This document shows, piece after piece, positions 1 to 24,546 of a DNA stretch of 64,000 bases. The stretch comes from the human T2T-CHM13v2.0 reference genome, Homo sapiens: NCBI RefSeq assembly GCF_009914755.1, contig NC_060925.1; one strand, given 5' to 3'. Position numbers and translations under genes: made by a program. The notes under the pieces are model-generated. The model saw only the letters and a list, made by a program, of their open reading frames with translations. It was not told the origin of the DNA and ran no database searches. Numbering within the stretch: position 1 is the stretch's first letter; every line of letters begins with the position of its first letter.

Positions 1-1151
1 GGCCATTTAACTGTTTTAAGGTACTAAACTCTGGAGTAATTTGTTGCATAGCAACAGATAATACAATTATACAAACTAGGAAGGATTAATATTTCATAAG
101 TAAAGATCTAAAAATGACTGAACAACTTGGTTCAATCAAAAGTTAAAATAGATCCCAATATGCTAAGAGTGAGATTCTGTGCTTAAGAAAATATAGCTGC
201 TAAGACATGATAAGTAATTACTGGTTAGCCACACGTATAAGAGGAAAAAAAACAACTGGGGTTCAGAGCAGAATATAAACTCTTCAGACCAGACTTTTCC
301 CTGAAAAGAACAGTAAAGTGTCATAAGAATTGTGCCCTCCATGACCATGTGACACCACAACATGTACAACTGGATGCTGTACCTGAAAGTGAAACCTTCC
401 AATATTCTCAGCTCTACCTGACTAGGTCCTTATTAAGGTGGTATGTCCAGTTCTACTCCGTATTTGAGAACTGGTGGATAGAACACTGAATTTTGGGGTA
501 GTTACTGGGAAGAACATTTTACTTATAAAAAGGGATAAACATTCAAACAAACTAATATGAAAAGATGTGACAGGTTTTTTTCTTATAAGTCTTTAAGCTA
601 GATAAATTTTTGGATCTTTCTTAGCTAAGGCTAGTGGGCCAGAACAAAGAGGAATGAGGAGCCTGAGCAAGCATTTTGCCACTGAGATCTCCTTGGTTTA
701 ACTTTCACTATAATAAAATGTGGAAGACTACCTTACAGAGATGGGATCTCCCTGTGTTGTCCAGGCTGGTCTTGAACTCCAAGACTCAAGTGATCCTCCT
801 GCCTCGCGCTTCTAAGATGCTGCAATTACAGGTGTGAGCCACTGTGCCTGGCTTGCTACCCATTCTTTAATGTTCTGCTTTAATGCTACTCCACTGAGAA
901 ACCTCTCCAGTGTTGGCACTACCCACTCCCTATCCCAACAGAATTCTTTCTTCTCGTGCTCCACGGCATTTTCTATTGTCACCTTCTCACACTATACATC
1001 ACGGTTAACTATGTTTGTTTCTATGTCCTCTAACAGGTTGTGAGCTCTTTCAGAGATATATTCTATTTATCTTTGTTTTCCTCCAAACCTAGACAGACAG
1101 ATCTTGCACATAACAGGTGTACTGGTGTTCAAGAATCATTATGTTTATCAC

Positions 1152-1210
1152 CTCAAGTCTTGGCCATTGTCATCAGAAGCCACATCTTCCACATGTACCT
1201 GGTCACACTC
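1152..1210 (-). CDS. EYA3: EYA3 exon 13, ECDQVHVEDVASDDNGQDL(S)
   Basis: ttttaacag|GAGTG...TTGAG|gtgata; 59 nt. Confidence 0.96.
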
Positions 1211-1949
1211 CTGTTAAAAGACAAAACATATTACTTCAGTCCAGGGAGTAGAAGTGATATTACCATCATGACATACTATAAAAAGACCATATACAGTGGC
1301 AGGATAATGAAATGCCTTATGGAATCTCTTATGTGTGGGTGATCACTCTCACACCCCTTGCTGTCCAATTCCTCTTAAGACCTGATTCACATCCCAGTCT
1401 TCATGAGTTCTGTAACTATCCCATCCCTTGTTTCTACTCCTATCTCAATATTTCATTTCTCCAACAGCTCATGGGAATAAGCACAAGCTCCCTTACACTT
1501 CAAATGTTCTTATGTCCTACACCAGACTGTAAGTCCTATTACAATGCAGGTCTCTTGGGGCAGGAGCCACATCTCACATCTCCTTTGCATCTCTCTGATC
1601 TAGTCCAGTATCCTTACGTAGGTTGTGCCCAATAAATTTTTATAGACAAAACAGACGCTGGTAGTGTGGTATCAAAACCGAGAATGACTGAAATTTCTAA
1701 CTTCAAAGTCAGGAGTTAGAAGAGGTCATCTAAATCAATCTCCTCATGTTTTAAAAGTGAGGTGAAATGATTTTCTCAAAGTCATACAATTAGTGAGTGG
1801 CAGAAAGAGACTAGAAATAACCCAGGTTTTCTGCTTCTTTTTTTCCCCCGCTTCTAATCCAAGGTTCTTTCCACCAAGCCCATGCTACTACTGACATAAA
1901 ATGCCGCCCACTACCTAACTGATGGATGTACTCCTCTGATACCACTTAG

Positions 1950-2113
1950 GGTACCTGCATCAGAATCCTCTGGGGAAGTTTTTTAAAAATGCATATTCTT
2001 GGGTCCATCCCAGACCTACTTGAATCAGAATTTCTGAGAGTGAAGTCCTAGAATCTCCACTTTTAAGAAGCTCCCCAGGTGATTCTTATGCCCCCTAAAG
2101 TTGAGAAGCACTG
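1950..2113. mobile_element. MER5-type DNA transposon
   Basis: gcatcagaatc..ctgggga..aaaatgca..ccagacctact.gaatcagaa..agctccccaggtgattcttatg..aagttgagaagcactg. Confidence 0.8.
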
Positions 2114-2424
2114 ACCTGGGGGGCAGGAACACATTCAGGTCAAATTCTTCACAGAACTTTCAGTTCCTGAGTGAGGACTATGTCTAGAAAATCATTACAA
2201 ATACAATTGGCAATAATTATTGGCATGTAGTAGGTTTTCAATAAATGTTTGCTGAATAAAAACTATGATGTCCTAATTTATCAACATATGAAGTTGAGGG
2301 AAGATTAAAGCATTATGGAGTTTAGACAAAAGTACTGGAGCTCGGGGCACTATTAATTTATTGAAGAATTGTCTGTTGAGTAGAACAGACGTTTATTTTA
2401 AAAGAGATGGGATTACTTTGTGTT

Positions 2425-2925
<501 letters not shown>

Positions 2926-3791
2926 TAAAATTTTCACTATTTTTAAAACTAGGTAAAACATGTACTACACAGCTCAAAATTCAAAGGACATGAAGTGAAA
3001 AGTGTGCTCCCTCCCACCTTTGTGTCCTGGCAACTCATCCCTCTCCATAGATGGTAATCAGTGTTGGTAGTTTCCTGTGTAGGATGACTGCATAACTGAG
3101 GCCCAGAATGGGAACATAACTTTCCCTATGTGAGATTCACATTCTGGTCTTCTGACTCCCTGTCCTGTGCTCCTTCTGCTACACCATGTTCACCTTAAAG
3201 GTGAACTCAAATGTCAAAGCCAAAAAATTTCACCATGAAGCTCTTAGTGTTTCCTGGTTTTTCTGGCACCTAACTATAAAATTATTCTGAATATCAAGGT
3301 TAACCTACATATGAACAACAAATATGTATAAAATATGATGGGTTAGAGTAACCATTTATAGATTCGACAAATCAGGAGACTATCCTTTAAGAATGTAAAA
3401 TGGAAGAAAAGTCAAAACATAATTGAGAGTACAAATAATCAAACTCACTTTATATATATTATTTAATATAGATTATTAAGTTAGAATATTGGTTTATATG
3501 TCAGTGTTTTGCCTGATGGGTTGGCCTTTCCCCTAGTGCTAGATCACCTCCAAATAAACTAACAAAAATCAAATTTTTGAGCCAATAAAATTGAATGTCA
3601 GAACCAAAACTGTGGTGACCCAACCACAAGTACTATTTCTCTAAGACTATGTATGTATGCCTTAGTGGCCAGCTGGCCTCTCCATATCCACCCTATCTAA
3701 ACACATATCTTCTAATATAATAAGCAAAAGCTCTAAATAGTTATTGAATGAAGTGTCTCAGTGAAGCACAGAAACAATTTAAAATGCTTAC

Positions 3792-3881
3792 CTCTAAGTC
3801 ATTGAAAAATAGATGAGTATCAGCCACTTCAAAAATCATTTCTTCCATTGTTAAACCTGAGCCAATCACTACTGTTGGGTC
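3792..3881 (-). CDS. EYA3: EYA3 exon 12, [30 protein letters not shown]
   Basis: cttctag|GACCC...TAGAG|gtaagc; 90 nt. Confidence 0.97.
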
Positions 3882-4142
3882 CTAGAAGACAATAAGAAAA
3901 AATCAGCTTGACTTGGTAGTCACAGTCCTGGTTCTAATCTTCAAATTTCAAAATTATTTTAGGTCAAGGCCAAAACACACGAGCTCCCAACTGTGCTTCA
4001 AACTATCATTGATGCAATTTCATTCACAGTTATGAGAATCCAGGATTGTAAAATAGAGAAGATATGGACAGTTAAAAATTTCAGGACTTTAGTTTCTAGA
4101 AATTAGTAGTTTCATAAAGATAAATGAGGACAGAAAATATGA

Positions 4143-4349
<207 letters not shown>

Positions 4350-4899
4350 TAGCCAGGATGGTCTTGATCTCCTAACCTTGTGATCCACCCCCGTCGGCCT
4401 CCCAAAGTGCTGGGATTACAGGTGTGAGCCACCGCACCTGGCCAGAAAATATGTTTTTAAAAAGATACAATGCTGACCAGGCAAGGTAGCTAGCTCACAC
4501 CTGTCATCTCAGCACTTTGGGAGGCTGAGGCGGGAAGATTGCTTAAGGCTAGGAATTCTAGACTAGCTGGGGCAACAAAGCAAGACCCCCGTCTCCACAA
4601 AAAATAAAATTTGGCCGGGTACAGTGGCTCACGCCTGTAATCCTAGCACTTTGGGAGTCCAAGGCAGGTGGACTGCTCGAGCCCAGGAGTTTGAGACTAG
4701 CCTGGGCAACATGGTGAAACCATGTCTCTACAAAAGTAAACACAGAAATAGCTGGGCATGGTGGTGCACACCTGCAGTCCCAGGTACTTGGAAGGCTGAG
4801 GTGGGAGAATCACTTGAACCCAGGAAACAGAGGTTGCAGTAAGCTGAGACTGCACCACTGCACTCCAGCCTGCGTGACAGAGTGAGACTCTGTCTCAAA

Positions 4900-5110
4900 G
4901 TGTGTACGTGTGTTTGTGTATTTATACACATATCTATATCACTGTATATATTTATATAAGATATATACATTATATATACACAGTAATATATAATTTATAT
5001 AAACTATATCACTATGTAAATATATTCACATATTATATGAATATACTTATTACATTATTTTAATATATATTTTATATAATAATATATATGATACAAGATA
5101 TATACATTGT
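4900..5110. repeat. TA-rich low-complexity tract
   Basis: degenerate (TA)n. Confidence 0.85.
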
Positions 5111-5551
5111 ATTTTCACGTTCAGGTCTTCTGACTCCCAGTCCTGTGCTCTTCCCATTATATCTTCTTCAGCTCAAAGGTGAACTTAAATGTCAAAGCCA
5201 AAAATTTCACCATGAAGCTTAGTGTTTGTTTATAATGTAAAAAACTGTTTTTCATGAAATAATATTATGTGTATATGTAAATATATAAAATTTTTTTTTG
5301 CCAGGCGCAGTGGCTCACGCCTGTAATCGCAGCACTTTGGGAGGCCAAGGCAGGTGGATCATGAGGTCAGGGGATCAAGACCATCCTGGCTAACGTGGTG
5401 AATCCCCATCTCTACTAAAAATTAGCTGGGCATGGTGACGGGCACCTGTAGTCCCAGCCACTCAGGGGACTGAGGCAGGAGAATAGCGTGAACCTGGGAG
5501 GTGGAGCTTGCAGTGAGCAGAGATCGCACCATGGCACCCCAGCCTGGGTGA

Positions 5552-5925
<374 letters not shown>

Positions 5926-5986
5926 TAGTAGAGACGGGGTTTCTCCATGTTGGTCAGGCTGGTCTCGAACTCCTGACCTCAGCTGA

Positions 5987-6247
<261 letters not shown>

Positions 6248-6478
6248 TAAATATATATATAATTTTTTTAATTTTATATATTTTTATAATCAGTTTAGTT
6301 ATATAGCTTATGTCAGCATGCCAGACTAGACACTAAAAGCCTGTAGAAAATACTAACAGAGGCTGGGTATAGAAGCTCATGCCTATAATCACAGCACTTT
6401 GGGAGACTGAGGCAGGAGAATCACTTGAGCCTCAGATTTCAAGATGAGACTGGGCAACATGGCGAGATCCCATCTCTA

Positions 6479-6730
<252 letters not shown>

Positions 6731-6869
6731 TCACTTGAGGCTGGAGTTCGAGTCCAGCCTTGCCAACATGGTAAAACCCTGTCTCTACTAAAAGTACAAA
6801 AATTAGGGCTGGGCGCAGTGGCTCACGCTTGTAATCCCAGCATTTTGGGAGGCCGAGGTGGGCGGATCA

Positions 6870-7299
<430 letters not shown>

Positions 7300-8167
7300 T
7301 CAAAAAACAAACAAACAAACAAACAAACAAAAAAACCCACACCTACTAACAAAAACATTAGTAACCATATGAAATAACTGGAAGTAACAGGACAGGTAAA
7401 GGAGGCAAATATTTTTATTTTTAGAGATGGGGTCTCGCTAAGTTGCCCAAGCTGGATTCGAACTCCTAGGCTCAAGCAATCTTCCCACCTCAGCTTCCTG
7501 AGTAGTTGAGACTACAGGTGCATGCCACTGCACCTGGCTGGGGTGCAGATATTTGTATAAAATTTATTCATATAAACTGAAAAACATGAGCTTGGAGGTA
7601 ATTTAGAATAGAAATACACAGCCTAATAGTCTCAAAACAGCCCATCCTTCTGTTAAAACTGATATGTACACTGAAGATATAACAAGTTTTGCTTGGTGTA
7701 TTTAGTTTAAAAAGGGATTAATCTATTTTAGAAAGATATTTTATCTATATATTTTACTTATATATATCTGGCATATATTTGGCTAAATAAAATGCTCAAT
7801 TTGGGCTGTTAAAAGTGTGTTAAGGAATAAGACATCAGCCTCTGGAATTTATTAATATAATCTTGAGACTCTGCTCTATTTTGAGCCTCATTTCTATACT
7901 TTAATCTTCACAAAATGCCATTCTCCTACAACTTCAGCTTTCAGCATTGGTTCTAGTAGTTTCTAACTTTACCACTTTACCATCAATTCTGCCTGACCAT
8001 GTAGCCTGCCTAATACAAGCCATTTGCAAGCCATTTGTTGAAGTTTTACATGGAAAGTGAAAAGCCAGCCAACAGGGGTAGCAGAGAAATAATTTGTTAT
8101 GTGTCAGAAGAGGGACTGACTATATAGTCAGAAGAGGGACAGTTACAACAAAGAAGACTCAAATTAC

Positions 8168-8251
8168 CTTTCCATATTTCTGGGCATAGGATCCAGTAAG
8201 AAGTGAGTGGAAGATGATGATGGTTTCATCCAAGTCCCACAGAAATACCCG
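8168..8251 (-). CDS. EYA3: EYA3 exon 11, [28 protein letters not shown]; HAD motif I (DxDxT, nucleophile D309)
   Basis: tttcctcag|CGGGT...GAAAG|gtaatt; 84 nt; Eya-domain signature. Confidence 0.98.
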
Positions 8252-8279
8252 CTGAGGAAAGAAAATATAAAAAATGAGT

Positions 8280-13811
<5,532 letters not shown>

Positions 13812-14211
13812 TGAGTTATCAGTTTTTCCTAAGAAATATATCAGAAATTTACTTTTTCTTTCTTTCTTCTTCACTCCAAACCTCTGAAAAAAGAGAAAAG
13901 GCTTCAAATACAGGCTCAGTTCACCTATGTCTTAAGAGCACTTATCAATGGATTCATAGTTAAATATGTATTTTCCCCTCAGTACATAATAGCACTATAG
14001 AAAAACGGAAAACAGAAAACAAAAAGATAATACAAAAACTCCACTAATTTTAGCACTCTGCATGACCTTTATGTCTTTAATGATGAAGTCAAATGTATGT
14101 CCATAATAAACTCATATAGTACTTACACTACAGAATAAATCAGCACCAGTCTCATTAATAAGTTACCAGATCTGTTTGCGCCTTACAGAAACTTGGCTAA
14201 AAGCACTCTAG

Positions 14212-14503
<292 letters not shown>

Positions 14504-14778
14504 TTTTAAAATTTTAAATAGAGAACAGTATGACTTTACTTGTAACTCCCTCTGCTTTCTGAATATGATGAATTGTTTCTGTTCTCTTCTGGAATATACA
14601 GAATAATTTGTTCTTTTTACATTTTTCTTTTAACGTGGCCAATTTAGTTTATTTTGCTCAGGAATTAAAGGGCACATAACATAGTGCACATTATCTCTGT
14701 GAGCTTCAAAAACATGTTTGATAAACTTAAGAAGTGAGAAAGAACAAAGTAGGTAACTAAATCAGTTTCTTCTCATAC

Positions 14779-14918
14779 TTCTAATTCACTGTCTTGGGAA
14801 GAAGTGGCATCAGCTTTCCTCTTGCCCCGGTTCTTGCTAGTCATGTTTTTCCTGGACTGATCATCAGTATCTTTACTTGGTGTAGTCTGGGACAAAGATG
14901 GACTTGTAGAAGGGTCTC
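14779..14918 (-). CDS. EYA3: EYA3 exon 10, GDPSTSPSLSQTTPSKDTDDQSRKNMTSKNRGKRKADATSSQDSELE (S266-Q motif, basic patch)
   Basis: tttccag|GAGAC...TAGAA|gtatga; 140 nt. Confidence 0.96.
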
Positions 14919-15129
14919 CTGGAAAGAAAAAGTGAAACATATGTTGTCAGGAGTCACAGGCTATAAGAATCAGGGCAGGAAGAGGGTTAGTGGACTCTCT
15001 GCCCTTGTGAGTCATAATGCAGGGATAAAGGTTGGAAAGCTAAACCTTATGTAAGCAATTATGAAGTGTACATCTAGGCATTGAGCATCAGCACTGGCTA
15101 ACATCAGAAAAGTTATAACCAGACTTTAT

Positions 15130-16110
15130 ATGCTTACCCCATGATAGAAGAAAATATCAATGAAGTTGTTTTGCCAAGAAAAAGCTGAACCTGAATCTTC
15201 ATGGTCAAACTTGTAGATTAGAGTTTCTCAACCTGGCACAACTGACATTTTGGATCAGATAATTATTTGTTGTGGGGGGATGTCTTGTGCATTATAGGAT
15301 GTTTGGTTAAGCAGTATCCTTAGCATCTACCCACTAGATGCCAGAAGCACCGCCCCACCTAGTGTAACAACCAAAAATGTTTCCATACATTGCCAACAGT
15401 TGAAAACAACTGTTCATTCACCAATTTACTATAAAATACAGAAGGCAGCAGGACATGTTAAACCACCTTATGAGGATATAACTGTCAAAATTCAGACTGG
15501 GAAACAGTATGGGATCAACACTCCAGTTTCTTCAACAAACAAACTACAAGGGGGAGAAAAAGAGACGGGAGGATTTATAGGTTAAAATAGAGATGAAACA
15601 CAAAATACCCATAATTACCAATCACAATTTATGGACCTTATATTTGGATCCTAATTTTCCCTCCTCAAATTTTCTATTTATTTATTATTTCTATTTACTA
15701 ATGCGATAAAAACTGTATATGCTTTATGTTGTTTTGAAATATGTATACACTGTGGAATGGGTTGGATCCTACTTTAAACAAAAGGGAAACAAAACTCATA
15801 ACATTTATGAGAAAGCTGGAAATACAAATACATTTTGGTACTTGATAATACAAAATTAAGACATTATTAATATTGAACTTTTAAAGATGGGATAATGCCA
15901 TTGTGGTTATGTTAATAAGTACCATACTTATCTTTTAGAGAACAATGCCTGGAATCTGGGGAGGGAGCTAGATGATGTATAGCTGAAACAAAATTGTCTA
16001 TAAGTTGATAACTGTTGAAGATGAATGATGGATATGTAAGTGTTCATCACACTAGCCTTGCAACTTTTCTCTATGTTTGAAATTCTCCAATATTCAAAAG
16101 TTAAAATTGT
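15130..16110 (+). mobile_element. Old L1 3' UTR fragment (L1MC/ME-like) interrupted by MER20
   Basis: ending 'gatggatatgtaagtgttcat...ttttctctatgtttgaaattctcc' typical of old L1 3' ends. Confidence 0.6.
15219..15412. mobile_element. MER20 hAT DNA transposon
   Basis: tttctcaacctggcac..tgacattttgg..cagataatt..ttgttgtggggg..tgtgcattataggatgttt..ctacccactagatgccag..gttgaaaacaactg. Confidence 0.85.
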
Positions 16111-16942
16111 TATAACAAAGATATTTAGAAAAATGACTTTAAAACCTTAGTTTTTAATCAACACTTGTAATTATTTCAAATTTATGTAAGTTTGAAGTGG
16201 CGACCATTTGTATGTCCACTTATTAGACTGGTAGGGTGACCGCACAGAAAACTGTTCACTTGTTATATAGTACTGTTTCTAAACATGCATCAGTGCCAAT
16301 GATAAACAGTGCTTTCCTCGAACCACATGATGTGAAAGCCAACTACCAAATTTTCATTAAATATAAATAAAAAGTGTGTGTATATATATGTTTATTAAAT
16401 GTGTGTCTAATCTTTTATGTCAAAGGTTTTTAAGTTGGACACTGTAATTCATTGATACACTTCAGAGCTGTGAGCATACTGAAATTGTAGGTTAAATTGT
16501 ATATATTTCTCTGAGGGAAAAGGACCATGCTTTCCTCAGAATCTTAAAGGGATCCTGGACATAGAAAGAACTATGGCTCTGAGGCCTTAGCAGCAGTTCA
16601 AAACCTGCGCAAGACTAAAACTGGAGTCCTCCAACTTTTACAAAATATTATAACATGCTGAAGCTCCCTGTGGCAAGTGGGTTAAAGCTACAGGGAGGGT
16701 AGAGTACGAGTCAGAAAGAGTCTTTTAGTTCTTGATACTTTTCTGTTCCGTTCTCAGCATCAGGTATACATTCAGCCTACCAATGACTCACAGCCTGCTT
16801 CCAATACTCCTCACCTCAGAGGGAAAGCCAAAAGCATGGTAACAATGACTTAAGACAGAACAAAATCATCCTTACCATTGCCTAAAAACAACTGTTGGAT
16901 GAAGTGACCTTAAGCCAAAGTTTTCAGAGCTGCGGTGCTTAC

Positions 16943-17126
16943 CAGAGGAAAGTCTCTGTGCTGCAGGTGCAGGCGCCATGACACTAGGCTTCTCCGACTG
17001 GTATGTGGTTGCTGCTAATGTGGTGCTCTCTGCATCACTGTTAGTCTGACCTGTGACTCCAAAGCTGGAGCTGGGGTAGCAGGCCTGGTACTGATTCTGA
17101 CCAAGAATAGTATAGGTGGGATAATC
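16943..17126 (-). CDS. EYA3: EYA3 exon 9, DYPTYTILGQNQYQACYPSSSFGVTGQTNSDAESTTLAATTYQSEKPSVMAPAPAAQRLSS
   Basis: cctgcag|GATTA...CTCTG|gtaagc; 184 nt. Confidence 0.96.
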
Positions 17127-17599
17127 CTGCAGGCCAAAGGAAATAAGAAAACAAGACTCTTATAGCATACATTAATCTCAACACAAGAGGCTTTCTTCTC
17201 CCTCTTTCTTATTCATAATTATTTTTCTAAAACATTAATTTGACTTCTCATTTACCTACCTAAAAGTCTCCAATCTAAATCAATGATTTTCAAAATGCAT
17301 TCTGTGGAAACCTAAGTCAAGAGATGTCCCAGGAGCAGTCTTGGAATGAGGAAATGCTGAGAGGGAAGGGTCTTCTGTACTCTCATAAACATACACATGG
17401 TGTCCCTTTTTGTACTCTAACAGCCTCTTCCCCCAGTTTTATGTACCGAATTTCTGCACAGAATTTGAGGGAAAGATTCTACTCTAAGAGGTTTACAAAC
17501 TGTTGCACTAGATAATAGCACTTCTAAGGACAACAAAACAAAACTTAAACTTAAGCAAACAAAAAAAGCACATATCCTACATTAAAATGTCTTAATTTA

Positions 17600-20416
<2,817 letters not shown>

Positions 20417-20986
20417 TTAACTGTAGCCAGGAAAAGATCCAAGGAGACAGTGGTGATGATAATTGCTGTAGAGAAAACAAATCAAAACAAAAATAAAAAA
20501 CTCTAGAACACTGAAGGTGTTACCAGTGATCTCCTAAGCATAGTTAACATAACAGTGATCAAGAATAGACCACAAAAAATTCATAAAGAATGAGTTGTTC
20601 ATTCCATAAATATTTATCAAGTGCCTTTGATGTAAGTGGCAGGCATTTTTCTATACTCTGGGAATATGTAAATGAACAAAACAGAAAAATAAATCCCTAC
20701 CTTCATGCAGCTTACATTCTAGTAGGGGCAGAGTAGGAAGTGAAGACAAATACAGTAAAGAAACAGACATAACCATATTCTAGAGAGACCCAGCAGAGGA
20801 ACAACAAAAACTAGACAGTAACCTAAGATGCCATCCAGGGTCCGAGTTCTGAAGGTATCCAGAAAAAAGTCTCCACAGCCCATACTATTCCTGGTTGTTT
20901 CTTAGATAGGCAAATTGACCATGGAAAGAAGAAAGAGCAAGCTGGATGAACTCTATCAAACAGGATGAACAAAGGTAGCATCATAC

Positions 20987-21072
20987 CTGGTTTGAGATGC
21001 TGGCTACTGCTGCTGCTGGAATATTGGCAATTGTAGAAGAAGTAGATATCAGGCTGGCATTTGTGCTTGAAG
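20987..21072 (-). CDS. EYA3: EYA3 exon 8, ASSTNASLISTSSTIANIPAAAVASISNQ
   Basis: cctctag|CTTCA...ACCAG|gtatga; 86 nt; visible within ORF 20981..21280. Confidence 0.96.
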
Positions 21073-22808
21073 CTAGAGGATTGATGGGGTTAAAAGATAT
21101 TAAAGATATTATGTAAAAGGTTAGAAGAAACTGAAAATAGATGTGTTTTAAGTGAACAGATTTATAAGGAGATAAACAACATTGGCAAAGGAAACAAACA
21201 CTCGTTTTGCTTTTTTGTGTGGGATAGCTACATTTACACTTGGTTAAAAACAAAACATTTGAAACATCTTTCTGTTTCAACTTGAGTCTTCAATTCTTCT
21301 TATTAAAGGCCTAAAAGGATATATATTCAATTCACAGCTCATACTAATAATATCAATGAAATCACAGCTAAATCCAATTCCTCCAGCCCATCTTCTCCAG
21401 AGGCTGAAAAATGACTCACCTGCAATGTGACCTACTGTAAAGCAGTAGAACTCTGGTAAATCTTACACTGTGATATTGTTTGCTGTCACTTGCCCCAAGT
21501 TACGCCTTTCCTAATACAACATAATTACATGAGAAATAGAGCTGGTCCTCCAAATTCCAAAGCATTTAGAATTGCTTCTTGAGTTCTACTCAAATAATAG
21601 ATTACTAATGTGGATCAATAAACACAATGACATAGCATTTAGAGACTTTAACAATGAGCCTGGAAAAACTCAGAAAATATTAAATATTACTCTGGTCAGA
21701 TAAAAATGTACCTTATATGATACTTGGGCTGTCTTAAGTAATTTGAGGCCAGGTGTGGTGGCTCATGCCTGTATCCCAGCACTTTCGGAGGCCGAGGCAG
21801 GCAGATCATTTGAGGCCAGGAGTTTGAGACCAGCCTTGCCAACGTGGTGAAACCCCATCTCTACTAAAAATATAAAAATGAACTGGGTATGGTGGGCACG
21901 GGCCTGTAATCCCAGTTACTCAGGAGGCTGAGACATGAGAATCGCTTGAACTCAGGAAGTGGAGGTTGCAATGAGCCAAAATCGCATGACTGCACTACAG
22001 CCTGGGTGACAGAGCAAGACTCTGTCTCAAAAAAAAAGAAAAGAAAAAAGAAAAAAAAGAAAGAAAATGCTGATTTCCATTCACATAAAACAATAAAAAT
22101 AAAGACAAGTAATTTGGGTTAAGTTTTATACTTCTTCTGTCATAGGTTCATTCTACTAGGGTTTTAATCAAAATCTCAATGACTAGCACTAACCAGTGAC
22201 TTTTCTCAGGTGAACAATGTAACTGATATTATCAGTACTGTTCTCAAACTCCTTGTCCTCATTTATCATAAACACACTTAGACATGGTTCCTACTGCAGG
22301 TACACACACCATATGGGTTCACCATCAGGTAGACCTGACTAACTGACTACCTGCCCCATTAACAAAGTCCCCCAGAGAGAAAATTAGTAAGAAAACTTCC
22401 ATTGAGAACAGGGCAGGAGAACAAATGCAATAGAAACTTAAGTGCTCTGGTCAAAATTAGATAATTTTCATCCCTTTCCCTAAGGGTACTCGGCTTAGAA
22501 GACAATCCAGAAGACAGTAAGTTCAGTTACAGCTATTGCTGCAACCCCAGCTTTAAGATGAAGAACCTAGGACAAAGAAGAATTAAAGTAACTTGTCCAC
22601 AGCAGCAAAAATAATGGAAGATAACCAAAATGACAACTTGGATCTCCCAATTCTTCATCCAGTGCTTCTTCCTCAGGGTCAGCAGCTAAGCTAGGGTTCA
22701 AATTCCCTAACTATGGCCAGGTGCGTGGTGGCTCACGCCTGTAACCCCAGCACTTTGGGAGCCTGAAGTGGGTGGATCACCTGAGGTCAAGAGTTTGAGA
22801 CCAGCCTA

Positions 22809-22988
<180 letters not shown>

Positions 22989-23700
22989 TCAGTCTCAAAA
23001 AATAAATTAAAAAAAATTAAAACAACAAAAACAAAAACAAATTTCCTAACTATCCAGAGTAACTTTATTTTCTATAGCACGTTTTGCTTCAGGGGAACTA
23101 AAGGACTCTTAAGGGCTTACTTTCCTAAACATAACAACTAAATGAAATAGGTTTTATAGCTTTACAGAAGGTATTTTCTTTCAACCAATATTCACCTTCT
23201 TTCCTACTGTGGCTTAAGCCATCCTTTTTCCTAAGAGGAAGCATCAAAACATGACAATATACAGGGTAACTGACTCTGTAAATGGTTTTAACCATTCTTG
23301 TAGGAAAAGAATTTTGAATGGTTTCCAGATTTTGTTATCAGTACATTATCCTAGGCAGGCCTGCAATAAAACTGAACACAGGTGATTTAAGGTGGGAAAT
23401 AAAATAAAGAATTGATTTAATCATTTATCTTCCCCAGCAAGTCCATTTTTAGTTCAGTTTTCTTCTGGCCCTGGTCCTGGCATACAATCCTCTTTTTCAC
23501 CTATTGATCTTTAATTCTGTCCTACCTTCTCCATATCCTTTTTTTCTTTTTTTTGAGATGAGTATCACTCTTGTTGCCCAGGCTAGAGTGCAATGGTAGT
23601 CTCGGCTCACTGCAACCTCCGCCTCCCGGGTTCAAGAATCCTCCTGCCTCAGTTTCCCAGGTAGCTGAAATTACAGACATGCACCACCAAGCCCGGCTAA

Positions 23701-23907
<207 letters not shown>

Positions 23908-24498
23908 TGATTGACAAGGTGGTTTTACAAATCTAACAATTTTCAAACCACTTAATGAATTGTACTGGAGGTAAAATGGTAGACCTTAAAAACAACTAGC
24001 CATAAACTCTTATTATATCCCGGCTAGAAAGTTTAATGGCTTGATTAGCTAGTTGATAACTCTGAGTTTTTAACAAGTACTGTATTAAAATCACAAATTT
24101 CTCTGAGCAATAGTTGGCTTTTATTATAGGGGAACTTGGTCTGCTGACCCAGAAAGTTCATAGGGCTTAATAACACTTTTTTCTCCAACTAAGCCAAATT
24201 ATTTCTAACATGTGCCACTCATTCATTCAGCAAACCCATTAAGTATATCAGGGTCAACTATGTGCCTAGAAACCATTTCAGCCACTGAAGGATAAAATAG
24301 TAAGACAAAGTCCTGGCCCTCAAGGAGTTTAAATTCTAGTGAGGGAAGTTAGTCAATAATTAAGTAATTTTTTTAGGCTCTTATAACCACCATAGAACCC
24401 AAGGCAAACTCGCCTAAAAATGTATACAACCACTGCCTGCCCTACCCCACATACAGCTATGACGAAAAAGCCAGGCACTTTTAAAAAAATACAGATCA

Positions 24499-24500
<2 letters not shown>

Positions 24501-24542
<42 letters not shown>
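24501..24542. repeat. (GT)21 microsatellite
   Basis: perfect dinucleotide run. Confidence 0.97.

Positions 24543-24546
<4 letters not shown>

Noticed and set aside
834-1635. Three overlapping plus-strand ORFs resembling an operon
   Set aside because: Eukaryotic intron, antisense to exon 13, partly repeat-derived, no recognisable protein motifs
16813-16876. Alternative donors downstream of exon 9 (ATG|gtaagg, GAG|gtgagg)
   Set aside because: Frameshifting extensions with no supporting evidence visible in the sequence
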